A stretch of DNA of 64,000 bases from an uncultured Candidatus Saccharibacteria bacterium (lineage in GTDB: Bacteria; Patescibacteriota; Minisyncoccia; UBA6257; JACRHY01), in the NCBI GenBank assembly GCA_964360035.1, contig CAYHUJ010000001.1:2176-66175 (forward strand), in the 5' to 3' direction. A program made the position numbers and the translations under genes. Positions 37,450-47,288 of the stretch are shown one piece after another; position 1 is the first letter of the stretch; each line of letters begins with the position of its first letter. A model generated the notes under the pieces. That model was not told the origin of the DNA, made no database searches, and saw nothing but the letters and a program-made list of their open reading frames with translations.

Positions 37450-37969
37450 AGCGGCGTTCATTTTTCTAGCCCTCGTAATTATCGGCTATTTATCCGCCGT
37501 TTTCTTTAATCCGGACTTAAACCGGCAAATGTCCGCCCTGCTTCCCTCTTTTATCGTTGATCGCGCGAAAAACATTTTCGGATTTTCCGACAACCAAAAC
37601 GGCGCGGAAAAAACAAACCCCTTTGCTTTTTTCAATGTTGAAAACGGAAGCGGCGGCGCCGATGAAAAAAACGAAAAAGAAAGCGGCGCGAAAAAACATT
37701 TTTACGCGCCGCTTTATCTTCCCGTCAAAGAAAAATTAGAGTCGCTTCCGGAGGTTGCCGCCAAAGCGGGACAAGCCGCCGCGGAAGCTAAAAATTTCAT
37801 TTTTCAAAAAGCGCAATCTCTGCCCGAAGCCGCTTCCGAGGGCATCTCCGCCGTTAAAGAAAAAGTGGAAGAAAAAATCGTTGAAAAAACGATTGAGCGG
37901 CTGGTGGAAGGTCTTGACGAAAAAAACAAAGAATCTCTTCAAAAAATCATTTGCGCTCCGGCTCCCTGA
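37442..37969 (+). CDS. Hypothetical membrane-anchored protein
   Basis: N-terminal TM; overlaps the fmt stop. Confidence 0.65.
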   Translation: MLKAAFIFLALVIIGYLSAVFFNPDLNRQMSALLPSFIVDRAKNIFGFSDNQNGAEKTNPFAFFNVENGSGGADEKNEKESGAKKHFYAPLYLPVKEKLESLPEVAAKAGQAAAEAKNFIFQKAQSLPEAASEGISAVKEKVEEKIVEKTIERLVEGLDEKNKESLQKIICAPAP

Positions 37970-39722
37970 CGGGCACCGTGAAGTAAAAGGTGGTTCCGGC
38001 GTCGCCCGACTCAAACCATATCTTCCCTCCGTTCGCCTCCACCGCCGTTTTGGCGATAATCAGTCCCAATCCGGTTCCGACCGGATAAAGCTTGCGAGCC
38101 GTTTCGCCGCGGAAAAATTTGGTGAATATTTTAAATTGTTCCGCTTCCGGAATTTTCGGCCCCTGATTGAAAACGCTGATTAAAAATTCTTTTTGGTCGC
38201 CGGTCATTTCAACCGTGACGCGAACATTGGCGTCTTTTACTCCGTATTTTATCGCGTTATCCAGAATATTGTAAAAGGCCTGCTCTAAAAATCTTTTGTC
38301 AATGCTCGTTATTTTAACGGAAGGCTTGAAATCGTAAACTATCAGCTCGCGTTCTTCCAAGGAAAGGGCGACGATTAAGCTGGCGATATGTTCGCTCAAT
38401 ACGTCGTTGACGTTAACCGGCTGGGGATGAATGGCGACCCGGCCTTCTTCCATCGCGGAAATATTCGCGATGTCCTGGATTAAATTGGAAATTTTCCCGC
38501 TTATTTCGCCGATGGCGCGGATATTTTTTTTGTGAACTTCGCTCAACCCCTCGGGGTTTTCCAGCAAAGCGCCGATGTTCTGCTTGATTGTTTTTAAAGG
38601 AACCAGTAATTGGCTGGAAACGGCGCTGATGAAACCCGCCTTTATCCAATTGACGTACTCCAGTTCCTGGAGTTCTTTGAAAAGCGAGTCGGCCATTGCC
38701 TGAACGGCGCGATACAAATCGCCGATTTCCGCGTTATAACGGGAAATCGGCAAAACCTTTCGGTATTTTTTCTCGGCGATTTCTTTGGCCACGGCCGCCA
38801 GCTGCTCTATCGGCTCAATTATTGATTTGCGAATTACCCAAAGATTAATCAGTGAAGCGAGAATAACGAAAAAGAAAAGAAATCCCATTCGCTGAAATTG
38901 ATCAAGAATCACAAGAAAATTCGTAATCACAAGAAACGATCCCGGCTCCACCGTTGTCTCTCCTATAATTTGCTGTCCGTCCACGTAAGCTATGAACGAA
39001 AACGTTATTAAGAAAATAAGCGATTGCAAAAGGGAAAATTTGGCGGCGATGCCGAAAAAAGTTCTTTTGGCCGGCCGGTCATTGAACCAGACGCCGATTC
39101 CGCTTAAAATAAACAGAACCGCCAAAATAACCGCCATATAAGGAAAAGAAACGCCGAAACCGAAAGACTCCAAAAATGGCAAATGGCTCAAGCCGATGGA
39201 AAAAAGAGCCGTTAATCCTATCACGGACGTAAGCATTCCGAAAATTTCCGCCACGAAAACTCCCAAAAACGGAGAAGAAAGCAGAAGGATAAAAGCGCCG
39301 CCGATCAGCATAAAAGCGACGGTTGCCGCGAAAGCCATTCGGGTCGTAAAAAGCGACCAAACGCCGCCCAATTCCTCGTTTCCCAAAAGCTGGTCAATGT
39401 TCAAATCAATGCCGAAAATGAATTCAACGAAAGTCAGAAAACCGATCAAGAAAACGGTTAATGCCAGAATCCATAAAATCGTTCGGATAATGCCGCCTCG
39501 CGGGCGAATGGAATAAAGAACCAAAAAAAGACCGGTAAGCAGATGGCCGAAAGCGGCGTTTAAGCGGATGTATACCAGGATATTATTGTGCCAGGTCGTC
39601 AGAAAAAGCGTGCCAAGATAACGATCGATAAGCGCGGCGGCGGCAAGAATCATCACCACCGCTCCCGTCCAAAATCCGATCGTCTTGTCCAATTTAAATT
39701 TAATCGTGCCGTTATTCTCCAT
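37947..39722 (-). CDS. Multi-TM HAMP sensor histidine-kinase-like protein lacking the H-box His
   Basis: HAMP (PIEQL...EIGDL), N box NILDNAIKY, F box and G2 GTGLGL; H box reads FISAVSSQLLVPL. Confidence 0.88.
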   Translation of the reverse strand: MENNGTIKFKLDKTIGFWTGAVVMILAAAALIDRYLGTLFLTTWHNNILVYIRLNAAFGHLLTGLFLVLYSIRPRGGIIRTILWILALTVFLIGFLTFVEFIFGIDLNIDQLLGNEELGGVWSLFTTRMAFAATVAFMLIGGAFILLLSSPFLGVFVAEIFGMLTSVIGLTALFSIGLSHLPFLESFGFGVSFPYMAVILAVLFILSGIGVWFNDRPAKRTFFGIAAKFSLLQSLIFLITFSFIAYVDGQQIIGETTVEPGSFLVITNFLVILDQFQRMGFLFFFVILASLINLWVIRKSIIEPIEQLAAVAKEIAEKKYRKVLPISRYNAEIGDLYRAVQAMADSLFKELQELEYVNWIKAGFISAVSSQLLVPLKTIKQNIGALLENPEGLSEVHKKNIRAIGEISGKISNLIQDIANISAMEEGRVAIHPQPVNVNDVLSEHIASLIVALSLEERELIVYDFKPSVKITSIDKRFLEQAFYNILDNAIKYGVKDANVRVTVEMTGDQKEFLISVFNQGPKIPEAEQFKIFTKFFRGETARKLYPVGTGLGLIIAKTAVEANGGKIWFESGDAGTTFYFTVPVREPERK

Positions 39723-40335
39723 GTTGTTTTGTCAGATTAAAATGCTTTATCGTCTTGTTGGCGTAATGCCAATCAACGTTTTTAAAAAATGATTCCAGAT
39801 ACGCTTTTTTATTCGTTCCGTAATCCATAAAATAGGCGTGTTCATAAACATCAAGCGCCAGCAAAGGAATTGCCCCCCAAACGGCGCCGAGATTATGCCC
39901 GTCGGCGGCGTAATTGCGCAATTGGCCGTATTTCAGATCAAAAGCAAGTATTGCCCAGCCGCGGGCGCTCATCGCCGCCGCGATCATATTTTCTTTCCAG
40001 GCATCAAAAGATCCGAAATCCGCGCCGATTATTTCCGCGATTTCTCCCTTTGGCGTCCTTTCCCCCTCCGGCCTTAAAGGATCGGGACTTAACCCGCCGA
40101 AATAAACCTCGTGAAGCTTCATTCCGTTAACGGCAAAGGTTTCCTGTCGTTTTAGCTCGCCGACGGCGCTGTAAACTCCGTTCGCTTCCGATTTGTCGGC
40201 GGCCGCCAGCTTGTCGTTTATTTCGTTGGCTTTTTTGACGTAACCCTCGTAAAGTTTGTAATGCTCTATCAGAGATTTAAGGGTTAGTCCGTCAAGATCT
40301 CTGGTGAACTTCAGCGGTTCTGGTTCGTGCTTCAT
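39712..40335 (-). CDS. Fe/Mn superoxide dismutase family protein
   Basis: EHYKLY, LHEVYF, GWAIL and LDVYEHAYFMDYG. Confidence 0.9.
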   Translation of the reverse strand: MKHEPEPLKFTRDLDGLTLKSLIEHYKLYEGYVKKANEINDKLAAADKSEANGVYSAVGELKRQETFAVNGMKLHEVYFGGLSPDPLRPEGERTPKGEIAEIIGADFGSFDAWKENMIAAAMSARGWAILAFDLKYGQLRNYAADGHNLGAVWGAIPLLALDVYEHAYFMDYGTNKKAYLESFFKNVDWHYANKTIKHFNLTKQHGE

Positions 40336-40381
40336 GGTTGATTCGCGTTTGATTTAAATATTATAACAAACCCGCGACGCT

Positions 40382-41734
40382 TCAGGAAGCGGGACGAAAA
40401 ATGATTATGACGCCGCTTACTTTTCCGCTTGGGTCAAAAATCGGCGCGGCGCTGTCGCTCAAGGAAATCTCTTTTTTGTCTTTGGTTATTAAAATGCTTC
40501 CATTCTCCATTTTGCGTCCTTCGCCGTAAAGCAGCGTTTCTTCTATAAAAACTATGTCTTCCTTGCGGTCATGCGCGCGAATCAACTTCATAATGCTGCG
40601 GAACGGCTTCCCCATCGCTTCTTCCTGCGACCAGCCGGTAATTTCGGAAGCGGCTTTATTCCACAGACAAATGTTCCATTCTTTATCTATCGCCAGAACG
40701 CCGTCGCCGATGCTTTCCATAAACACTTTTTCTCGCTGGCGGTAAAGATTAACGGCATAAAGGATGCGAAGGATGAAATAGGAAATCAAGAGATTGAAAA
40801 GCGTGACGACGGCGTAGACGATTAATAAAAACCTCAATTGAGCGTCGCGAGCGGCAAAAGCGACGGATGACGGCTGCTGGACGACGACTCCCCAATCGTA
40901 TTTCGCGACGCCCTCATAGGCGGCAACCAGTCCGTCATTTTTGGAATTGCCGGCTACGACGTCAATGCCGCTTTTTCCGGGATAAATTTTGGAAACCGGA
41001 AAAACGTTTGAAAAATCAACGATTTTTTCCGAAGAAGAAATTTGCGGATGCGCGACAATGTTTCGTTTTTTATCAACGAAATAAATAAGCGCTCCCGGTC
41101 CGACATCAATGTTTTTGCTCCACTCAAAAAAAACATCCGGCTTCATTTGAAGAAGGAGAATCCCGATCGGTTTTTTATTGTCGTCAAAAATCGGCGTCGC
41201 GATAGCGATGGCATTGTATTGCGATTTGGAATCGTCTTTGTGGATATAAACGTCGGAAACGCGCGGTTCCCATTTTTGAATCATTTCGCCGTACCAATCA
41301 TAGCTGGAAAAATCCCCCCCGATCGCTTTGGAAGAATCCGGCATTGCCGCCGTTACCGCGCCGGCGGGATCAAGAAGAAATATCCTGTCCACGACCGGAA
41401 AATCCATCGAGATGCTTTTTAAAACCCCCATCGCTTCTTTCGGCCTCCCCGCCTGTATTAATTGGCGAAAATATACCCGCGAAGCCAGCGAAACGCCGAT
41501 GTCCGTGAAACGCTCAAGTTTCTCGTAAGTCATAATGGCCGACAAATGCGCTATTGTCTGCCGGCGAGAAAGCGCGAGCTCGGTAAGCTCCCGGTTAGTT
41601 TGAACGTAATTATAAGAAATGACGAAAATTACGGGAGCGGTAAGAACCAAAACGCTTAAAAAATAAAAAATCCAGTATCCCCGGCGCGATTTTTCCAAAA
41701 AATCAACGATTTTATTTAAAATTTTGGTTTGCAT
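40382..41734 (-). CDS. TM-dCache-TM-PAS sensor with no output domain
   Basis: DFSSYDWY/IAIATPI Cache motifs; ESIGDGV..WNKAASEITGW PAS; ends at IIIFRPAS. Confidence 0.85.
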   Translation of the reverse strand: MQTKILNKIVDFLEKSRRGYWIFYFLSVLVLTAPVIFVISYNYVQTNRELTELALSRRQTIAHLSAIMTYEKLERFTDIGVSLASRVYFRQLIQAGRPKEAMGVLKSISMDFPVVDRIFLLDPAGAVTAAMPDSSKAIGGDFSSYDWYGEMIQKWEPRVSDVYIHKDDSKSQYNAIAIATPIFDDNKKPIGILLLQMKPDVFFEWSKNIDVGPGALIYFVDKKRNIVAHPQISSSEKIVDFSNVFPVSKIYPGKSGIDVVAGNSKNDGLVAAYEGVAKYDWGVVVQQPSSVAFAARDAQLRFLLIVYAVVTLFNLLISYFILRILYAVNLYRQREKVFMESIGDGVLAIDKEWNICLWNKAASEITGWSQEEAMGKPFRSIMKLIRAHDRKEDIVFIEETLLYGEGRKMENGSILITKDKKEISLSDSAAPIFDPSGKVSGVIIIFRPAS

Positions 41735-41843
41735 CTTTTAATCGGCGGATATTGGATTATTATACCAAATCGGCGGCGTTTACAACAGGCGTTATGCTGT
41801 TGATAAAATGCGGCAAAGCGGTTATGATTTGGTCGTTATTTTT

Positions 41844-41914
41844 TGCCGGGTCATCTAACGGTAGGATACATGACTCTGAATCATGTCATCTTGGTTCGAA
41901 TCCAAGCCCGGCAG
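41844..41914 (+). tRNA. tRNA-Gln (CTG)
   Basis: TGCCGGG/CCCGGCA acceptor stem; CATGA-CT-CTG-AA-TCATG anticodon arm; GGTTCGAATCC T arm; no encoded CCA. Confidence 0.95.
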
Positions 41915-42137
41915 CAAAATATAGCACGGCGAGATTTTACTGCGTATTTAGAACGCTCCCAAACTTCTGAACTTATTTTACCAAATCTGATACACAAATC
42001 CGAGAAAAGCGTTAAAAAATTATGGAAATTATGAGAAGTGAAAATCGCTACAAAAAATTAAGGAACAGTCCGTTTCCGTCACGTGGATGGTAAAGAAAAT
42101 TTAATCAGAGAATTCAGAAAGTTTTTATAAATCCCCA

Positions 42138-42464
42138 ATGGAAAACGCTTTACTCGAAACAACGTGTCCGGCTTGCCGCGCGCCCGTATCGGCGGCCGAG
42201 AATTTTTGTCCGCGGTGCGGGACCAAACTCAAAGAGCCGCCGCTTTCAATTTCCGCGGGAAAGCGGGCGTTTATTTATCTTTTCAGCTTCTTTCTTGCCC
42301 CGTTCGGTCTCGGTTACGCGTTTAAATATCTCAAACAATCAAATCCCGAAGCGCGGAGGGTCGGAATCGTCGTCGTTATACTGACGGCGCTCGCGATGGC
42401 GCTTATGATCTGGATTGCGAACGCGTTCTCAAACTGGGAGTATCAACTGCTTTACGGGTTTTAG
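42138..42464 (+). CDS. Zinc-ribbon membrane protein
   Basis: CPAC...FCPRCG followed by two TM helices. Confidence 0.85.
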   Translation: MENALLETTCPACRAPVSAAENFCPRCGTKLKEPPLSISAGKRAFIYLFSFFLAPFGLGYAFKYLKQSNPEARRVGIVVVILTALAMALMIWIANAFSNWEYQLLYGF

Positions 42465-42521
42465 CCGCCGGCGCCGCTCCCCTCTTCCAAAGCCGGGTTT
42501 TTAGGCGTGGAATCCAAACCT

Positions 42522-42855
42522 ATGTTTATTGACGATGTAACCATCAAAATTTCGGCGGTTGAAACTCATCGCGACCGTCGGTTTTGTGGGATTGCCCAAT
42601 GCCGGAAAATCCAGCGCGCTGAATATGCTCACGCATGCCAAAGCCCGGGTGGCAAACTATCCCTTTACGACGCTTGAAGCGAACCTTGGCGCGTACTACG
42701 GGCTCATTTTGGCCGACATTCCCGGACTCATTGAGGGGTCGTCTTCCGGCAGAGGACTGGGCATAAAATTCCTGCGCCATATTGAACGCACGCGAATTCT
42801 TTTCCATTTTGTTTTTTCCGAATCTCCCGATCCGGAAAAGGATTATAAAACAATC
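42522..42855 (+). pseudogene. obg: Obg/CgtA GTPase remnant (internal deletion, frameshift, 3' truncation)
   Basis: [12 protein letters not shown] joined out of frame to [19 protein letters not shown]...YPFTTL...DIPGLIEG...[13 protein letters not shown]; similarity stops at DYKTI. Confidence 0.85.
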
Positions 42856-42896
42856 CCCGCTTTGGCGGGGATATTATCGCAAACACTTCGGCAAGT

Positions 42897-43454
42897 TCAG
42901 TGCGGGCATTTTCCGTTTCTGACTTTTTCGGCGTTCGCCGCGTCAAAATTAAACGTCCGATGCATGAATTTTATGTCGTCGCTCATAATGGACGGTCCGT
43001 CAACGTGATCGGCGCCGCAAAGATGGCCGATTTCGTGAAGAAGCGTATAAGGCGTTCCCGGAACGGCAATGGTTGATATCGCGGCAAAATAGTGATTCTG
43101 ATAAGCCGCGCCGTTGTAATCGGTCGCCTTGCCGGTAAAACCGACGACAAAATCGACTCTTATCGCCCAAAACCGGCTTCTTAAATCCATCAGGAGGCTA
43201 AACAGCGATTTTGATTTCAACGGTCGCCATTCGGTGATTTCGGTAAGGACAATCCTTTTTCCGAATTGCCGTTCAAATTCGCGGCTTGCGACTTCAAATG
43301 CCGTTCGGATATGCGTTTCCCAATCGCCCCGGAAAAGAAAATACTCCTTATATTCCCGATCAACGGCCGCTTTCACCTCCAAAACTTTTCCCGAAGCGGA
43401 AGCGTCGGTCGTCAAAACCGCCAGTGTTAAAATAATCGCTGCCGCGAATTTCAT
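42897..43454 (-). CDS. Secreted metzincin (M12-like) zinc metalloprotease
   Basis: Signal peptide; [11 protein letters not shown] plus SIM Met-turn; AGGGGG SD; hairpin at 42853-42872 downstream. Confidence 0.85.
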   Translation of the reverse strand: MKFAAAIILTLAVLTTDASASGKVLEVKAAVDREYKEYFLFRGDWETHIRTAFEVASREFERQFGKRIVLTEITEWRPLKSKSLFSLLMDLRSRFWAIRVDFVVGFTGKATDYNGAAYQNHYFAAISTIAVPGTPYTLLHEIGHLCGADHVDGPSIMSDDIKFMHRTFNFDAANAEKVRNGKCPH

Positions 43455-43591
43455 GGCAATCCCCCTTTCGGTTGTCAAAGCCGCCTTTTAAAAAATTCTC
43501 GCTCAATCATAACACGATGTTTCCGATTTACAAAAACGAAGACGGGCGTTAAACTCAAAAAAGCAGATTGAAACCTGGAAGGAGGCCCGCG

Positions 43592-44050
43592 ATGGATTTT
43601 CATTATAACGACAAGGTTTTGGACCATTTCAGCAATCCCCGCAATGTCGGCGAAATAAAAGACGCCGATGGCGTGGGGCAGATCGGCAACCCCGCCTGCG
43701 GAGATATTATGAAAATTTCCCTCAAGGTAGAAAAGCGGAAGTGTCCGCAATGCCAGGGAATGGGCGCGCCCAACGACATCCCCTGCGACTATTGCGCCGG
43801 CGGCGGCGTAATTGAAGTCGTCAGCGAAGCCAAATTCAAAACTTTCGGTTGTGGAGCGGCCATTGCCAATAGCTCAATGCTGACGGAAATGGTGAAAGGA
43901 AAGGAAGTTCAGGAAGCCGTGAAAATCAAAAGCGGCGACATCGCCGAAGCGCTCGGCGGACTTCCGCCTGTCAAAATGCACTGCTCCGCTTTGGCGGTGG
44001 ACGCGCTCAAAGCCGCTCTAAACGATTATCGCGCGAAACAACGGCGGTAA
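43592..44050 (+). CDS. iscU: IscU/NifU-type Fe-S scaffold with an inserted CxxCxGxG...CxxCxGxG motif
   Basis: DHFSNPRNVG, NPACGD, FGCGAAIA and PPVKMHCS; AAGGAGG SD. Confidence 0.9.
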   Translation: MDFHYNDKVLDHFSNPRNVGEIKDADGVGQIGNPACGDIMKISLKVEKRKCPQCQGMGAPNDIPCDYCAGGGVIEVVSEAKFKTFGCGAAIANSSMLTEMVKGKEVQEAVKIKSGDIAEALGGLPPVKMHCSALAVDALKAALNDYRAKQRR

Positions 44051-44132
44051 ACCTCCACTTGGGAGAAAAACAGGGATAAAAAACCCCTCGGCTGGCAAGG
44101 CGTTCCCGCCGAGGAGCGAAATTATGAACGCC

Positions 44133-44171
44133 CCCCGAGTTGTCAAAAGACAGCTCGGGGATATTTTTTTT
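44133..44171 (+). terminator. Terminator-like hairpin after iscU
   Basis: CCCCGAGTTGTC-AAAA-GACAGCTCGGGG followed by a T-run. Confidence 0.65.
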
Positions 44172-44295
44172 AAAAAAACCGGATTCTCCCGTCTCTTTCT
44201 TGTTTTTTTGCTTCTTCTTGATAAACAAGCTCTTCTCTGCTAATTTACGGACAGCACAAGGCGAACCTTTACAACCAAACAGAGGGAGGAAAAAA

Positions 44296-45720
44296 ATGAT
44301 TCATCCGGTCAAGCTTGCGGCCAAATTCACCGCCGCGGCGCTGATTACCGTTGTTTTCTGCGTTTTTCCCGTTTCGGCCCAAAGCGCCGCAAGCGGCGAC
44401 TGCGGAAACGTCGGCTTGTTCAAGAACTTCAAGCCGGCCAAAGGCGAGCTGGCAAAATTCAAAGAGCTGCTTCAGATGTTTGAATTGACGAAAGACGACG
44501 CTTACTACAAAGGCGCGAAGGTTTTCAACGACGGCCTTTCTTTCAACGTTTCCGTTGAGGGAGCGTCCTTTCCGGTGGTTCTTTACCAATACGCGAAAGA
44601 GAACGGGAAACTTGTCTATATTTCCGCCCGCGGCAAAGAAATACAGCCGGCCGGCGAGGAGGAGCGTCTTCAAAAGTGCTTTTCCGGACTGGTCAAAAAA
44701 GCGGTGGAGAACAATTACCGCGACCATAATTTCCGGCTGGCGGAAATCGCGGGTAAATATTTCAAACTGCCGCCCTCCGAAATGAACGCGGCCTTGCGAA
44801 AAGACACCGGCTACGGCGTTACTCTGGGCGAAGCGCTGAAACTCCAACCGATGGAGCGCCGCGATTTCGTTCCCAAAACGCTTTACGTCGGTTCGGTGGC
44901 CAGCGAACACGTTCTCGCTTACGCCTTTTTGAATTCGGGAATCGTCGTTTACGGTCTGCAGGGCGTTTTGTGGGACTATATCGTCGGCGAACCGCAGACG
45001 CTTCAGCACGAGCTGATTCACAAAAATCCGAAACTGCAGAGCATGCCGGCCGCGTGGCAGTTTGACGTTGAACTTTTCGCTTCGCTGGCGCCGTTTCTTG
45101 ACGCCGAATCGCCGGTGATGGATTTCATCAGTCACGGCTATTTAAAAACGGTCCGCGATATGGCGAAGGTTTATTTCGGTCTTGATACGGCGCAAATCCG
45201 GCGGGAAGTCATCGGCTACGATTACAACCGCCGCTTTGTCATCAATGAAGCGAAACTGAATAAATATTCGGCGCTGGCAAAGGAAGCATCCGCCGAATTG
45301 AAGCGAGCTTCGATTGAGCGTATTCTGCCGGAATTTTACGCCGACCTGCCTTTTTGGCTTGCCGTCAACAAGAAATTCAACGACCAATCGGCGGCCTTCA
45401 AGGTCCTGATGGCCCGCGATTACGAACCGACCATTCTGGGCGGTTACGAAAAAACGGCCGAATGGATTGAACGGAACGGCGAGGTTATCAGAAAAATCAC
45501 GCAGGAAGCGCTGAAAAAACTGGAAAACCCGCCCCCCTCTTCCAATGAAAACGGCGAAGAAGAGTGGCTGGCCGGTTTTCTCGGACTTGACCGCCGGCAG
45601 GCGGAGTTTCTGGCGGATTATCTGCGCCGGAAAAACGTTTCCGTGAAAGATTTTTCCGGCAATCCGGAAGAATTTTCCCGGAAAATCAACGAACTTATCG
45701 GAAAAGGAGAAAAACGATGA
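44296..45720 (+). CDS. Orphan secreted protein with HExxH (QHELIH...DVE), possible zincin
   Basis: GGAGG SD; signal peptide ending VSA; HELIH with a downstream Glu. Confidence 0.75.
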   Translation: MIHPVKLAAKFTAAALITVVFCVFPVSAQSAASGDCGNVGLFKNFKPAKGELAKFKELLQMFELTKDDAYYKGAKVFNDGLSFNVSVEGASFPVVLYQYAKENGKLVYISARGKEIQPAGEEERLQKCFSGLVKKAVENNYRDHNFRLAEIAGKYFKLPPSEMNAALRKDTGYGVTLGEALKLQPMERRDFVPKTLYVGSVASEHVLAYAFLNSGIVVYGLQGVLWDYIVGEPQTLQHELIHKNPKLQSMPAAWQFDVELFASLAPFLDAESPVMDFISHGYLKTVRDMAKVYFGLDTAQIRREVIGYDYNRRFVINEAKLNKYSALAKEASAELKRASIERILPEFYADLPFWLAVNKKFNDQSAAFKVLMARDYEPTILGGYEKTAEWIERNGEVIRKITQEALKKLENPPPSSNENGEEEWLAGFLGLDRRQAEFLADYLRRKNVSVKDFSGNPEEFSRKINELIGKGEKR

Positions 45721-47261
45721 AACGCGCGTTTGTTCTTTTCCTTCTTTTCTTGTCGGTCGCTTTGAGCGGTTGCGTCCAGACCTTCTATTCCTACGTGCGG
45801 GACGGCGCGAAAAAGGAAGGGATGACGCGCGACGAACAGGAAGTGGCGATGGCAATCGCCAACCGCGAAGCGCTGATGAAGAAAGGCAAGGAAGGGGTCT
45901 ACGAAATTGACAAAGGCCGGATGACACTTGACGACGTCGTCAAGAGCTTGAATCAGGCGCTGGCCGATCTGGAAGAAATCCAAAACGTCAAGGAAGACGG
46001 GTGGCAGAAATACAACGAAGCGCACGAGCTTTGGGACCATTTCAAAAAAGAAGAACGGATTTACCGCTTTTTGCGCGATTCCGCGAGGGCGCGACAGCTT
46101 CAGGCGCGTTTTCGTGAATTGATCGGCGAGTCCTCGGACGGCGGCGAACGCGGCAAAAAGAGCGCTTACGACCCCCGGTTGTTCATCGCCGAATCCGACG
46201 CGGAGACCTCGTTGAAATCGGAACGGATTGAGGACGCGAAATCAAGCGGCAAGCTGAAATTGACGCAGACGTTTCTCGTCTTTATGAACGATAAGTACGG
46301 CCTCAAGACGGTTGACCCCGGCGACCCGAACGACCCGAATAGGTTTCTTCTGAAGGAGCATGTTTGGGGGCTGGAAATCAAAACCTTCGCCATTATTAAC
46401 GGAGAGCCCATCAAGGCGGTGGCCAATGAATACATTGAGGGGACCCGCGTAGTTTTAAAACGCGGTTCCGCCGAGGATTTAACGGCCATCGTCCGCGAAT
46501 CGCGGCCGGCGCTGAAAATTTTTTCTTCCGCCAACCAGCGGCTGAACGTTGCCGTCGGCGATGCCGACAAGGAAAACGAGGTCGGTTTCGGAAAGCCCGA
46601 CTTCGTTGAGGCGGTCAGCGGCGTTCAAAGCGGTCACGATTTTTACGTTAGCCGGAAAGACCTGATAAACCGGCTGTTCCAAACGCCGATTGTGAAAGGG
46701 CCGCGGCCAAAGCGCGATCCGCCGCGGGTGGAAATCGCCCGCGTTTCCGGAACGACGACCGATATTGATTCGCGCTGGCAAAAATCCTCTTCTCCCGCCG
46801 GCTGGGCCGTGCCGTTTGAATACGCCGGACGGAATCGGGAGAATTACAACGTCAAAATCGTTTTTAAGGATGACGAGGGTTCTCTTAACGGAGGAAGAAA
46901 AATCTCCTACATCGTAAGAGAGTGGCATTCAACCGGCGATCATTTCAAACCGTCGGTCGGCGCGGTGATGGAATATTACCGGCCGAAACCTCCCTACGAT
47001 AAGGACGATATTTTGGAAGCCAAGGTTCTGCGGGAAGAAAGCACTAAAAAGCTGACCATCACCCGCCTTGGCGAACAGACAGTTACCGGATTCGTTTACA
47101 AGTCAAACATCTTCGCGGCCGACAAGCCCGAGATGATTGATTATTCGTACGGCAACCGGCGTTTCCGGATAGCTGACCGCGCTGGTAACGACGGTATTTG
47201 CGAATCCCGCAAGGAAATTGCCCGACCGACCGATTACAAGACCGGCGTTTACGAGGAGTAA
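45717..47261 (+). CDS. Orphan lipoprotein
   Basis: LSGC lipobox; AGGAG SD; ATGA coupling to the upstream gene. Confidence 0.8.
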   Translation: MKRAFVLFLLFLSVALSGCVQTFYSYVRDGAKKEGMTRDEQEVAMAIANREALMKKGKEGVYEIDKGRMTLDDVVKSLNQALADLEEIQNVKEDGWQKYNEAHELWDHFKKEERIYRFLRDSARARQLQARFRELIGESSDGGERGKKSAYDPRLFIAESDAETSLKSERIEDAKSSGKLKLTQTFLVFMNDKYGLKTVDPGDPNDPNRFLLKEHVWGLEIKTFAIINGEPIKAVANEYIEGTRVVLKRGSAEDLTAIVRESRPALKIFSSANQRLNVAVGDADKENEVGFGKPDFVEAVSGVQSGHDFYVSRKDLINRLFQTPIVKGPRPKRDPPRVEIARVSGTTTDIDSRWQKSSSPAGWAVPFEYAGRNRENYNVKIVFKDDEGSLNGGRKISYIVREWHSTGDHFKPSVGAVMEYYRPKPPYDKDDILEAKVLREESTKKLTITRLGEQTVTGFVYKSNIFAADKPEMIDYSYGNRRFRIADRAGNDGICESRKEIARPTDYKTGVYEE

Positions 47262-47288
47262 AATACTCCTCGTAAATTAAAAAAGCCG

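Noticed and set aside
38904-38938. Short AATCACAAGAAA duplication in the kinase gene, and 9-bp duplications at ~15441 and ~15600
   Set aside because: Two-copy in-frame microduplications are expected from slippage and show no family link.
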